This document shows, piece after piece, positions 10,319 to 21,134 of a stretch of DNA of 64,000 nucleotides. The stretch lies in contig CH464491.1 in the NCBI GenBank assembly GCA_000002445.1, positions 736,001-800,000 on the forward strand, read 5' to 3'. The translations under genes were made by a program, and so were the position numbers. The notes beneath the pieces were generated by a model, which saw only the letters and a program-made list of their open reading frames with translations, was not told where the DNA came from and ran no database searches. The stretch is from Trypanosoma brucei. Its lineage: Eukaryota. How positions within the stretch are numbered: the first letter of the stretch is position 1; each line of letters opens with the position of its first letter.

Positions 10319-11704
10319 CTACGACGTGCGTTCGACTTGGGTGGCGGCACCGTTTTCGTTTTTGGAAGTTTCCTCTCCACCTGCGCCGTTTTCTCCGGTT
10401 GCAGCCGCTTCAGGCTCCTTCACATTTTCTTGACCTTCAGTGACTTGCGCTCCTTGTGGTTTTTCGACTGCGGCTTCGCCTCCCTGGGCTGCTTCTCCCT
10501 CCTTTGGGGCCTCTCCTCCCTGAGCTGCTTCTCCCTCCTTTGGGGCCTCTCCTCCCTGAGCTGCTTCTCCCTCCTTTGGGGCCTCTCCTCCCTGAGCTGC
10601 TTCTCCCTCTTTCGGAGCTTCTCCTTCTGCTGCTGCTTCTCCCTCTTTCGGAGCTTCTCCTTCTGCCGCTGCTTCTCCCTCGGCAGGCTCCTCTGCCTTC
10701 TTCGTGGGTCTCTTAACCCGCCTTATCCTTCGCACCTTTTTGACTTCCTTCTTCTCTTCAGGATTCTCGCTGTAGAACTCATCAATTTGGTCAAAAGCGA
10801 TTTCAGCAACCCTTCTCCTGTAGCTGTTGTCGTACCTGCTGGCGAGGCGGTCAACAGCATCGTCCGTTTCCTCATTGCCGAAGTGCTCCACGTTCAGCTG
10901 CCCCAGGAGTGTTTGTGCATTGGTTGTTAGTGCGGCATTGGTTACGTTCAACCGCTGGCAAATGCTGGCATCGCGTTTGTTTGCGAGCTCCATGCTTCGG
11001 ATGTTTATCTTTAGTTTGGTGATTTCTTTCTCCGTACGCTGCTTTTCCTCCCTCACCTGCATCTGAAGCTCCTTCCGTACTTTCCGCAACTCACGTACAC
11101 GTAGAACCAACTCTGTGTTATTGATTTTGGCTTCATCAGTGTACGCCAGGGTGTCTCTCAGCTCGTCTGGTACTTCCTGTGTCTGGGCGCGCGTGAAGCG
11201 GGTACCGGCCAGTGGCTCCCCGCGGATGATGCGGGGTCCATTACGGATCTCACGCGCACACCTTGCCGTACGCTGCCGGAGTGCCTCGATGCTGCGGTGC
11301 TCTCCCTCGAGTGTCTTCTGCAGCTCAACACCGTAGGCTGCAATTTCCTCTTTACTGTGAATTTTATCCGCAGCAGCCAGGTTCTCCATCTCGGCGGGCA
11401 GTTCATCAACCACGTACGCCGCGGCGCGCTGTGCAAATCCCTCCAACCGCTGTACACGGGCGGCAAGTGGGTACACGAGGTGAGCCCCGTGCTGTTCCTC
11501 AACCTCCTGCTTAACGTCGCTGCATGATTCCCGGAGTTCCGTGGTGGTTTGCATCAAACGGAGACGTTCCAGGTGCAGTTCATCCAGATGCGGTAGGTTC
11601 TCATCACCACCAGCTCGAAGCAGGGCATTGATGCGGCTCTGAAGCCTTGCGCGTCGGGCGTCAAGTTGGTTTTGGAGCTCTTCAATTGTAACAGCGGCTG
11701 CCAT
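10319..11704 (-). CDS. coiled-coil protein with C-terminal 12-aa acidic tandem repeats (EGEAAQGGEAPK-like)
   Basis: The first ATG is at 11704 (MAAAVTIEELQ). The track start at 11788 is GTG. The N-terminal ~350 aa is heptad-like and E/R/L-rich. The C-terminus contains ~6 copies of a 36-bp encoded repeat. Confidence 0.55.
   Translation of the reverse strand: MAAAVTIEELQNQLDARRARLQSRINALLRAGGDENLPHLDELHLERLRLMQTTTELRESCSDVKQEVEEQHGAHLVYPLAARVQRLEGFAQRAAAYVVDELPAEMENLAAADKIHSKEEIAAYGVELQKTLEGEHRSIEALRQRTARCAREIRNGPRIIRGEPLAGTRFTRAQTQEVPDELRDTLAYTDEAKINNTELVLRVRELRKVRKELQMQVREEKQRTEKEITKLKINIRSMELANKRDASICQRLNVTNAALTTNAQTLLGQLNVEHFGNEETDDAVDRLASRYDNSYRRRVAEIAFDQIDEFYSENPEEKKEVKKVRRIRRVKRPTKKAEEPAEGEAAAEGEAPKEGEAAAEGEAPKEGEAAQGGEAPKEGEAAQGGEAPKEGEAAQGGEAPKEGEAAQGGEAAVEKPQGAQVTEGQENVKEPEAAATGENGAGGEETSKNENGAATQVERTS
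10470..10697. repeat. 36-bp tandem repeat x ~6 (unit gctgcttctccctcctttggggcctctcctccctga, two sub-variants) inside the CDS
   Basis: Direct reading: three near-identical copies starting at about 10488, then three diverged copies of the form gctgcttctccctctttcggagcttctccttctgc. Confidence 0.85.
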
Positions 11705-12062
11705 AACGATCACTGTATGATTACAATCAATAGGACAACAAGCAATCAGGGTATCAACAATAATAAGAAGTGTATATTGCAAGCACACGCAACTGTTTGA
11801 TGCTATCGATGCGTGTCCGCTTTACTTATGATCCTTCACTTGATCTTCCTAGTTACTGGTACAAATAAGTTTATATTCGTGTATTCCTCAGTTCCTTAAC
11901 CTTCCCCTATTACGCCGTTTTGAGTTACTTGCTTGTAAGTAATGCGGTGAAACTTTAGTTTCGAATTATCTGGGGCACAACGCGTGCAAAAAGATATTGA
12001 GTGAAGATCGAAATACCAAAAAGAAAAGACGGTATATTTGGATGAGTTGAATGTACGTGCAT

Positions 12063-12073
12063 GGGGGGGGGGG
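12063..12073. repeat. G11 homopolymer, intergenic
   Basis: Direct reading: catgggggggggggagctg. Confidence 0.85.
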
Positions 12074-13362
12074 AGCTGTGTACATAAGTTAGGGAAGTGG
12101 GAAGCCGGGGAAAAAAGAAGTGTTAGCGTTTGATGATTTTAAAGATTATATAAGTAAATATTTGTATTTGCATACGCATATATTGTTGTTGAAACCGTCG
12201 AGCAACAAGCGATCCCATACGAAAAAGAAAAAGGATAGAAGCCGTCAGTCTTTGCTAGGTAGTACCATCCTTTTACCTTTTACCTCCAACCTCTCTTTCC
12301 TCGATTGCATAACCTGTCACTTGTGAACTGTTCACCCGTGTATAACATGTTTTAAAATATTTTTGCATTTTGCGTCGCGCGCAACTTCTCTCACTCCCCG
12401 CCCCAATCACCGACGACTCAACAGGGTAAGGAAGGAAAGGGTAGCTGCGAACACAAACAAAACGAAAAGGAACTAAGGAACGTTTCGCCGCCTAAATGAG
12501 TATTGTACCTAAACACGCATATATATATGTCCAACTTTGTCTGCTCTTCTCTTTAAAAATGGAAAAAAAGAACAAGAAAGTGATACACATACTCTCCTCT
12601 CGCATTCACTGCTTTCCTTCTCCCTGCGGTATCTCATAGTGCAGCACACTTCTGCAAAATCACGTTATCCTTACCTGTTTCCTTCTTTTTTTTTTTTAAA
12701 AAAAAAGAAAAAAACACTTTTCCTTCCCGCTCCCCACCACTCCAATGTTCCCATATTATTTTATACATTTACACGTTACGATTCATATTTGAGGCTGTGA
12801 AAAAAATATATCCACACGGATTACTACACGTGCACATATTTACATGTGTACAAACACACATCTGCGCGTATTTATTTTTTTATGTGTAAAGGCACAATTA
12901 CAATCACATACCAGCAATATCAGTCGCAGATATATTTACCACATTTTGTTTCAATCACGTCACAAACGGCAGCACCGATTCTCAATTGTATGAGACACAA
13001 AAGGAAACGGTTGGAGTGAACAGTAGCAATAATGGTGGCAACAACAATTAACTGTGAAAAAGGAAACTGCGGGGACGTCGGAGTGTCAAATGTTAATAAA
13101 AGAAGAGAGTATCAAACTTTAAGAAGAGTTTTAAAGATCCACTAACAGAAATATGCACAGACAGCGGACGGAAGAATAGAAGAGAAAAAAAAAGACGCGA
13201 AGTTTGCGTGCATCACAGTCTGTAAAGGAAAACAGAGCTACCGGGAAATATTTGAAGGGGTCCTCGCCTACTTGTAATAATGCATGCCAGAGCACCCGCA
13301 TCTTCAACCTCACTCTCCTTAGGTGAAAAAACACAAGTGAGAAGAAGCCCGTTCCCCTTTCA

Positions 13363-13387
13363 ACACACACACACACACACACACACA
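13363..13387. repeat. (CA)12 microsatellite, intergenic
   Basis: Direct reading: caacacacacacacacacacacacacaaac. Confidence 0.9.
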
Positions 13388-13432
13388 AACATAAAATTAC
13401 CCACTAATCTTCAAATGAGGTAAATTTCCGCT

Positions 13433-15298
13433 CTATAAGTGAGCCATACTCGGGTTCATGACCGCAGCTGCCTGAGTTGCAGCTAACGGCACCGCCTCAG
13501 CAAAAGTTGAGCGCTCCAGGGGTTTCAGCTTCTGTTGGGAGTCGTCACGATTGGGAAAACCGGGTGGTACACCCAAGATATCCATTAAGCGATCGAGGAA
13601 TACAGCAGTGCCATCTTCCTCACCACCCACGTAATAAATGTTTTTGACACGACGATCATCCATCAACATCCCACGCGGCTGAGGTTCATTCTCGTCGCCG
13701 TTTGTGTTAACAACATGACACTCGGGTGCTTCATGGTTGCTATCTGCACGAGTGCAGCGTGCATCAATATATGTGTGTCGGTCCCTCCGCTGTTTTGCCT
13801 TTTCAAGTGAGATGAACCGAAGTCCAGGATGAACCGTCAGCTCATAGTCTGCCGTGTGCGGGTTATCACCCAGTGCTATGGCCTGCGTGAGATCCACAAC
13901 GCCACACAAGCCCGCTTGCATATTTTGTTGTTGTTCTGATTCATCTGTAAGGTAGCGGACGGTGGTGGACTTACAAATTCCTAGCTTCCCAAAAGCGACG
14001 CTGTTTGGTTGTGGGATGGCTGTTACGCCTACAGCAGCAAAGTAACGCTGCATCGGTTCGAAGTAAAGAGGAAATATTTTCATCGGAACCCCGAGGGCAA
14101 GCACTTGAGTGATACTCTCTTTCGATTGCTGACAAAACAGTGCATTATACATACGATTAGCGAATGCCGCCACAGCATTTCTACCACTCGAAAACGTCTT
14201 CGGTATGGTAGCACCCAGTAAATCCATGACTTTCCGCACAACAATGCACGCCGCATCTGAGTCATCGTTAAACATTTGCTTTGCGTATTCCCTTAACTGA
14301 CGGCGCTTTACTTTTTCTATATCAGATGCCTTGGCTCCACCTACCACTGACAGTGTTTCAGCTAGTGGCGCTATCTCTGCGTCCGCAACCTCAACGTGAA
14401 TAAAACCAAACATTACAAACATTTGCTTGTGCTTTCGCACGAAACTGCACTTCCACTCCGCCTCAGCAGTAGTTGCCGCCTTCCCAACATGGTTCCTTCC
14501 CGCTCGAGACTGAACCCTCGCACCCGAGTCAGCACGACCTTTTTGCTGTAACCGGTACCGCCTGTCAATGTAATCGAACACGAGACGCCACACGTTTTGG
14601 TACCGAGACGACAGTCCCAAAAAGGCGGAATGAACCCCCTTTTTCTCACCACGAATCAAATCTTCCACAAGTTCCAGGTACGTTTTCTCCAAGCGCGCGA
14701 TCAATGCACTACACCCCTGGGCAAAGCAGGTTCCTCGCACATATTCTATGTTCGTCACGTGCTTTTCTCCTTTCGAGTCCACACGTGTCGTGGTACCCTG
14801 GTCTAACTTGACGCCGTACACCTTTGCAAGTCTCCTTGAATCCTCTGTTGCGCGATGCAAAGCCTCAGTGTATCCAGGGACAAAGGAGATACCCTGCCGA
14901 CTGCAACGATATAAAACTGCACCCGTATTTAGTGAAAGGAGCAGCTGCCCACAGTAGCGGTTTGTTGCAATACTTTTGCCATCATTTTGACCGCTAACAG
15001 AACCATTTCCAGTATTACTAGGGCTCTCGCCGTCACTCTCAACACTTTCACCGCAGCTATCACTTGAATTCACACAGTACTTGTCTCTAAGGATTTCACG
15101 CAGTGGGACGTACAGCTGCTGGACAACACGTTTGTTCGCTGTAGTGATAACGCACAAATTCCCGCCGTTAGCGAGCCATCGCTTTACTGGAATTATGCAC
15201 GGACTTTCACTAAGTGTAAGATACTCTCCACGTGCCTTATGGGGCGTCGCTACAATTGTGCCATCGAAATCTGCAAGTAACCAACAGTTTTGAAGCAT
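13433..15298 (-). CDS. HAD-superfamily hydrolase-like protein (621 aa)
   Basis: ATG verified at 15296-15298. The N-terminus carries the HAD motif I, LLADFDGTIV (DxDGT), within 15 residues of the start. The rest of the protein was not recognised. Confidence 0.45.
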   Translation of the reverse strand: MLQNCWLLADFDGTIVATPHKARGEYLTLSESPCIIPVKRWLANGGNLCVITTANKRVVQQLYVPLREILRDKYCVNSSDSCGESVESDGESPSNTGNGSVSGQNDGKSIATNRYCGQLLLSLNTGAVLYRCSRQGISFVPGYTEALHRATEDSRRLAKVYGVKLDQGTTTRVDSKGEKHVTNIEYVRGTCFAQGCSALIARLEKTYLELVEDLIRGEKKGVHSAFLGLSSRYQNVWRLVFDYIDRRYRLQQKGRADSGARVQSRAGRNHVGKAATTAEAEWKCSFVRKHKQMFVMFGFIHVEVADAEIAPLAETLSVVGGAKASDIEKVKRRQLREYAKQMFNDDSDAACIVVRKVMDLLGATIPKTFSSGRNAVAAFANRMYNALFCQQSKESITQVLALGVPMKIFPLYFEPMQRYFAAVGVTAIPQPNSVAFGKLGICKSTTVRYLTDESEQQQNMQAGLCGVVDLTQAIALGDNPHTADYELTVHPGLRFISLEKAKQRRDRHTYIDARCTRADSNHEAPECHVVNTNGDENEPQPRGMLMDDRRVKNIYYVGGEEDGTAVFLDRLMDILGVPPGFPNRDDSQQKLKPLERSTFAEAVPLAATQAAAVMNPSMAHL

Positions 15299-15898
15299 TT
15301 CTAAAAATAGTAACTGCCTCCTAATATAGAAAGTAGAGAGGTATATATGTTTCCCCGTTATCCTACCTCTCTCCCTTTTTCTGTAGTTACTTTCTCTTCC
15401 TCTCTTTTTTTTTTCGCAACGATTTTAAAAAAGTAGCGCCTCACTCCTTTTTGTGCTCAACTTATGGTGGTGTTATCTGCTGGAAGATCAAGTGGAAATG
15501 TATTGACACGAATGTCTATATTTCCGTGGTACAATCTGGCACTACTTTGCTACACGCCCTATCTATACTTTTTCTGTGAGGAACTACGCGCCAAAACTTG
15601 GAACCAAGCAAAAAAAAAAATGCTCGAAGAAAGTTCATGCAAAAGCATACACACACGTACATCTAAAAAAAAAAAAAGCAGAAAGCGGTCTTACCCAGAC
15701 GTTACACAAACTCCCAACGAGTCACACATAGGGACAAAGGGAGTATATTAAAGTATAAGAAAATTAAAGCTGTGAAGTAGGATACAGTGGTAACTTGGCT
15801 TCAATTGTTAACACGTGTTTCGTGCGGTATTTCCCCTAGCACAACCCAGACTTCAAATTACTCGTCGCATATTATCCACTTGTGTACCAAGGAGACAA

Positions 15899-15924
15899 AA
15901 AATAATAATAATAATAATAATAAT
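15899..15924. repeat. (AAT)8 microsatellite, intergenic
   Basis: Direct reading: aataataataataataataataat. Confidence 0.9.
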
Positions 15925-16039
15925 TGCATGACTATCGGCTCGGTTTCCCCACCCACATGTTTTTTTCCAAGGGTGTTCAGGTTTACACAACAACGCGATG
16001 CCGAAAACGGACACCAGTGCGAACAGTTACTCCGTTAAA

Positions 16040-18013
16040 TCATTGTTCCTTTTCTGTTGCATATCCACGCGCAATGCCATGTCGACCCTTTTCAATTTGC
16101 GTTTGCACCGGCGTCTGTCCAGTCCGCGGTTCCAAACCGACGTATGTGCGCTGATATAATCGGTCCAACGCGCTACCGCCACCATCATGCGTCATGACAG
16201 TCCCTGCCATTGTGCGTATGAGTGTTGTGCAGTCCCCCCGCAGCTCTTCCTTTCGTTTCTGTGATCCGGTGGCCTCCTCCACCTCGTTGCGGAGAAGAGG
16301 GAGAATCGAGTCGAAGGTCGTGCTAAAAACGGCGGGGTGGCCGTACAGTGGTGAATCAACATCTTCAGCACGAAGGGCAAGCAAAACCTCGACTGGGGAA
16401 ACGATAGGTTTTGGGAAACCATCTTTTTTTTCTGGAAAGTGACCTTCGCGACTGTTGGGGCATGCGATGGTCACAAAACAATCAACTGTGTCTACAAAGT
16501 TTGCGATCTTAAATTCGTTTAGATGGCCAATATAAATGATGTAGGAACGCTTGCCGTGCGCACGAAGCAGCTTGTGTAGCAACATTGTTGTCTCGTAATA
16601 CCCCGCTATGGACAACGAGGCCACAACTATCCCCACAGCAGAGGTAGCTCGAATAAGTTCAATGTTGAAAGCACGTTGTTTCGAGCGTTTATCCACCACC
16701 ATCTGCAGTTTAGCATAACCTGCATTGCGAAAACAAGTGTCACCGCTGAAAATGTCAGCAGCAATAGAATGACCATCGCCGGAGGAACAGGTGCTGAGCA
16801 CAGTCTCCAAAGTGGCATCATCAATATCACCGCGAGCTGTATCATTCAGTGGTGAGAGGAGATTGCCCCCGTCCCCAGTGAGGCCGAACGATTCATCCAT
16901 TATTATTAATGCGGGAGGAGATTCGTTGGCCTCAAACGCTACCTCACGAAGCTCTTGTGAGTAGTGGTAGAGGTTGTGTTGGTGAACATTGAGAATATGT
17001 AACGGTAGAAAGGCACTTGATGGACCGACGAACAAGAAGTACTGCAGCTCCTTTGTTCCAGCACGAGGGAACCGGACACCATTAATCACCCACGAACTAC
17101 ACTCCCCAGATGATGGGCTCCAGCTATGCGGGATGGCCGCATGAACATTAACTACCGATCCCGATGTCGAAGGTTGCTCCGGATTTGTTGTCGACTGAAC
17201 CAACTCGTAGCTGCACCACGAAACAGAAGACCCGTCAATCAATGTCACAAAATCGGGGACCGGTGTACCCGCTTGATGTCGTTCCCGCCAGCGCCGTTCG
17301 GCATCTTCCACAACATTACGCGAACGATGGCAGCCAACAACAACCAGGTTGACAGTAGCCTCGGCATCCTTCTCCCTCACTAGCGAACGAACGCGGCCAA
17401 CCAAGTATTTTTGCAGTAGCTCCACTGCTCCCAAAACCAGCCGTGCTGATAAATCTTTTTGACGCACCTGCTCTTCCTGTTGTTGAGTCACTTGTCTAGC
17501 AGTCGCAGTGAATTGAAAAGACTCCTGCACGTAGAAGACAGGGATCCTGGTAGAGCGGCTCATGCATGATTCGCCAAAGTGTATAAGACAGTCGCTGCAG
17601 TAATGCTGCGCCGTAATCTCGTCTGGACAGCACGACCCGAAGGTGTTATCTGCTACAACAAAAAAACGGATTCTGCCATCATTGTTGCTGCAGCAGCAAT
17701 CCTCTCCAACATCAGGTGATGGGGTGACACCATAAACACCTCCCACACAACGGGGATCGGATAAAAGAATGCCTTTTAGCGTTTCCACAACAGCGACGGC
17801 ATCGTCCAACAGGTCGTCCGGAAATTGCAGTGCCACCCGAAGAAATGGGCTTGCCAGTGCTTGCGTTGAAGTGGAGGAAGACAAGGAGCTTCCTGTGAGG
17901 ATAAACGACGCCACGCTATCCAGTTTGTATTGACTGCGTATTCCTTCACGGGGTTTAGGCTGCCGCCGACACATTACGGTGGCAACCGGCTTCGGCGGAG
18001 CATCGTGGTACAT
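16040..18013 (-). CDS. DPH2: diphthamide biosynthesis protein 2-like (DPH1/DPH2 family) with long insertions
   Basis: The segment FFVVADNTFGSCCPDEITAQHYCSDCLIHFGESCMS matches the conserved DPH1/DPH2 core (V.LGDT.YGSCCVD ... IHFG..CLS). The first ATG is at 18013; the track start at 18031 is GTG. Confidence 0.6.
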   Translation of the reverse strand: MYHDAPPKPVATVMCRRQPKPREGIRSQYKLDSVASFILTGSSLSSSTSTQALASPFLRVALQFPDDLLDDAVAVVETLKGILLSDPRCVGGVYGVTPSPDVGEDCCCSNNDGRIRFFVVADNTFGSCCPDEITAQHYCSDCLIHFGESCMSRSTRIPVFYVQESFQFTATARQVTQQQEEQVRQKDLSARLVLGAVELLQKYLVGRVRSLVREKDAEATVNLVVVGCHRSRNVVEDAERRWRERHQAGTPVPDFVTLIDGSSVSWCSYELVQSTTNPEQPSTSGSVVNVHAAIPHSWSPSSGECSSWVINGVRFPRAGTKELQYFLFVGPSSAFLPLHILNVHQHNLYHYSQELREVAFEANESPPALIIMDESFGLTGDGGNLLSPLNDTARGDIDDATLETVLSTCSSGDGHSIAADIFSGDTCFRNAGYAKLQMVVDKRSKQRAFNIELIRATSAVGIVVASLSIAGYYETTMLLHKLLRAHGKRSYIIYIGHLNEFKIANFVDTVDCFVTIACPNSREGHFPEKKDGFPKPIVSPVEVLLALRAEDVDSPLYGHPAVFSTTFDSILPLLRNEVEEATGSQKRKEELRGDCTTLIRTMAGTVMTHDGGGSALDRLYQRTYVGLEPRTGQTPVQTQIEKGRHGIARGYATEKEQ

Positions 18014-18606
18014 TGTCACCCCGCTTCCCACAGTCGCCTATTCCTGTCCCCTTACTAACTTTCTTCCTCCGGATTGATCCCTTTCCCCCTATATTGCGGG
18101 GTGGGGTGATGGGGCTTCAGCACTTGGCGCTGGCTGTTGTAGTAGCAGTTATTGAGTGGTGTATCAAGTTGTATGAGTTTTGAAAGGGGGGAGGAAATTA
18201 AGAAAGTTAAGGTGACGCCAGTTTGTAAAACGCTAAGCACAATTAACCAGGGTATCACAAGGGGGGAGGGGGGAAATATCCAGAAAGTTTCCGCTTCGCC
18301 GGGGAGAACACCTGAGGACACTTCTTGTTTTAATCGTTACACTTATAACTTTGGCGATACGGGGGAGGGGGTGGCGAAAGTGCGAGTGAACACGGGAAGA
18401 CGCGTCAGATTGGTAAGCGATTTAGTACGTCGTTTTCCTCCTTCCACGTTCATTCACCTATGGGACTCCTGCGCACCTGTTACAGGAGAGAAGAAGTGGG
18501 ACACGACGTGTTAAGAAGGACAGAAATCAAAGGGAAGTGTAGAGACGAAGGATCGCGTATCCGTGTCACTCTTTGTGAAGGTGTCATTTCCCCGACCACT
18601 CTTCAC

Positions 18607-20067
18607 TTACTGCACACCACTTTTCATCTTACTCCACGAAAGATGGAAAGTTGGTAGCCCCTCCCACTGCAAACCCTGTGCAAATCCATCCACTAGTTGC
18701 GGACCGCTCTCACCATACTCTTCACATCCTGTTAGCCCTTCTCCAGGGTCGGCCGTTAATGTTGTGCGGCCAAACAAATCAGATGTTGGAGGTAGTGTGT
18801 AGTATGCAATTCGCCCATCGTTCCAGTCGTGCAGTATCATGCGCGCCGTTCCCTCCTCGTCTACAACGCCACCTTGCAGCAACCGACCACGTCGTTGCCC
18901 GACAAGACGGATGAAAGACATCACATCACTAGGATCGAATGAGCCAATGCTGTAGAACAATCCCAAAGGATGTACGCCTGCCGAGAGATATTGTGAGTGC
19001 TGCTGTTGACTGGGATCGAGGGTAACCTGCGCGCAGCGTTGCAATAACCGCTGGACTGGGGTGAAGGGATCGGCCAAATCACTCACTTTCACCGCATTGC
19101 GCAGCACGACATCACCGCAGTCTTCACCAGGTGCAACCACACCTGGACAGTCCATTACACGAATATCCGAGCGCAGCTCCACCTCCGTATTACCAGTGGT
19201 AAATCCCGGCATGTTGCCCACACCAACCACATGTTTGCGCTTCAAGGCATTGATCACTGAGCTCTTTCCGACATTGGGGTATCCAATAACTCCCACCACA
19301 ATGGCCTTGCGAGCTCCGGTTTCTTCACTGGTAGCTAGTGCACGAAGGCGGCGGAACATGTTCGCCACATATGTGTGCCCACTAGCCCCTTTCGCCGTTG
19401 CGGCAAAGGGTATGCACATGATCCCCTCATGTTCCTCGAAGAAATGGACCCAGGCGTCAACAGTCTCCTTTGATGGTAGAAGATCTGCCTTATTGAGCAC
19501 CATAACCATTTTCTTTTTGTCTTCTCCGAACTGAGAGCGAATGGTGCGCTCAAGTTGGTTTAGACGGCAGCCCAGAGGGTCACGTGCATCTACCACCTGT
19601 AGAAGGACATCACTGTTTTCCACAACCTTCTGGAACTCCTTATAAAAGCGGCGTAGTGACCTATCCACGCCACGCCTCTCGACGTCGTCATCCATATCGT
19701 TTATGTTCTCTGATTCGCCTATCCACTGCTGAGGAACCTCATAGTGGTGTACCTTTTCAGCACATTGCACCGCAAGCAAAGTCATGGCCCGTCGCTCCGC
19801 TGCGACACGCGCCTCTTCATTTCCTTGCTCCTGGGGCTCCTTCTCACCGGATGCGGCAGCAATCTTGTTTGAGCCACGAAGTGCAGGAATGCTGAAAAGA
19901 CTACGATTACGATTCCGCGCCGTGCGCGTCAAATTCTGAGCTACTTTCTTTAAATCAGGTACGCCAGGGTCTTTTGTCAACTTCTTTCTTTGCTGTGGGT
20001 GGCAGTTTCGACCATGACCACCACCACCACCACCACCTTTACCATGCTTCTTAGACTGTCCACCCAT
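18607..20067 (-). CDS. nucleolar circularly permuted GTPase, GNL3/nucleostemin/Nug1-like
   Basis: The basic N-terminus MGGQSKKHGKG...KDPGVPDL resembles the GN3L/Grn1 N-domain (KDPG[VI]P). GTPase motifs are in permuted order: NKADL (G4), then GYPNVGKSS (G1), then DCPG (G3). The first ATG is at 20067 and the track start is GTG. Confidence 0.7.
   Translation of the reverse strand: MGGQSKKHGKGGGGGGGHGRNCHPQQRKKLTKDPGVPDLKKVAQNLTRTARNRNRSLFSIPALRGSNKIAAASGEKEPQEQGNEEARVAAERRAMTLLAVQCAEKVHHYEVPQQWIGESENINDMDDDVERRGVDRSLRRFYKEFQKVVENSDVLLQVVDARDPLGCRLNQLERTIRSQFGEDKKKMVMVLNKADLLPSKETVDAWVHFFEEHEGIMCIPFAATAKGASGHTYVANMFRRLRALATSEETGARKAIVVGVIGYPNVGKSSVINALKRKHVVGVGNMPGFTTGNTEVELRSDIRVMDCPGVVAPGEDCGDVVLRNAVKVSDLADPFTPVQRLLQRCAQVTLDPSQQQHSQYLSAGVHPLGLFYSIGSFDPSDVMSFIRLVGQRRGRLLQGGVVDEEGTARMILHDWNDGRIAYYTLPPTSDLFGRTTLTADPGEGLTGCEEYGESGPQLVDGFAQGLQWEGLPTFHLSWSKMKSGVQ
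20026..20046. repeat. (ACC)7 trinucleotide repeat inside the GTPase CDS, encoding poly-Gly
   Basis: accaccaccaccaccaccacc on the plus strand is GGT x7 on the coding strand, giving GGGGGGG in the N-terminal basic domain. Confidence 0.9.
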
Positions 20068-21134
20068 CTGTTTTATTATTCTATATTTTTCTTTCCCTTC
20101 TGGGTGTTCACTACTGCTGACGTATACACCCACAAGCAGAGTTGGAAGGGTTAAGTAAGAAAAAGAAAGTAACCGCGATGATGCCTCGAATAAAAAAATT
20201 GAGGGAAACGAAAGCAGTAGAGAAAAAAAAAACAGTTGAAGTCCTTAGCTATTTAGTTGAGGAGGGAGCGGCCCGTGTAAGAAGCCCTGCTAAAAGATGT
20301 TGAAGGAGGAAATGTGGAGAAATTTTTTTTTGTTTATTTAAATCGTAATGTGAATGTAAGTATGAATACTACATTCTGCAAAAAAAAAACGTGAAAAAGT
20401 AAAAAAAGTTCGCTGCCTAAAACGCCATACGCCAGGCGTCGGCACAAAGAAGTAGATGACACCACTGTCAAGAGGGAGAGAAGCGCAGTCATGAGTTTTA
20501 TCACTCACTCGCCATCCAACGCCACTGGCTACTGAAACTCCCCTCCCTCCTTTATTCAGGGCCACCATAAAACAAATAAAAGCGTAGACATGCTTATGCT
20601 ACCACATATCCCCCTGCTTCACCACCTTCTAGTCTTCTGCCACGTTAACCAACGGCCGGACCCCCCTCCCCGCCCGATGCACTAACTGCAAGCTAGGCAA
20701 CGCACAGTAAAGGGTATTAATAATAGAACTCACACAAATAATAGTGAATAACAATAATAATGATAATAATAATAATAAAATAACACAACAGAGAGTGTGT
20801 GGGCTCCAAGAGCTGGGAGTGCTGAGGGAAGTAATCCCCCGCATCCGTCGTACCTGTTGCGCCGTACCCCTCGTAAAGTTAAATGCATAAAGTAAAGCAC
20901 TTCAACTGTTTGTTCCGCTCGCCCCCTGCTCGCCCTGTCCCTTTTCTTGCATTTCCTTCTTTTGGTTCATTACCCTCCCCACAGAAACTTTTTGAACAAT
21001 TGAATGGCGCCCTTTCATCGTTCTAATACCGTTTATTCGTTAAGCTTCATTCGTACATTATGTACCCTTCGCTCCTGTTCATCCCTTCTGAGAGGTCCCC
21101 CATGTCCACCTGAAAAAATGTTTACTCTGCACAA

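Noticed and set aside
10232-10930. Plus-strand 232-aa Leu/Pro-repeat ORF (LLLPPLGPLLPE...)
   Set aside because: Antisense to the 36-bp repeat region of gene 10319..11704. It is an artefact of the repeat keeping frames open.
12686-12714. T12A9gA7 block (ttttttttttttaaaaaaaaagaaaaaaa)
   Set aside because: It is a simple homopolymer junction in a spacer. The palindromic appearance is trivial, and nothing suggests an origin or a specific binding site beyond generic DNA bending.
14040-14070. ggttcgaag, resembling a tRNA T-loop (GGTTCGAA)
   Set aside because: It lies inside the HAD-like CDS. No acceptor-stem complementarity or A/B box spacing was found around it.
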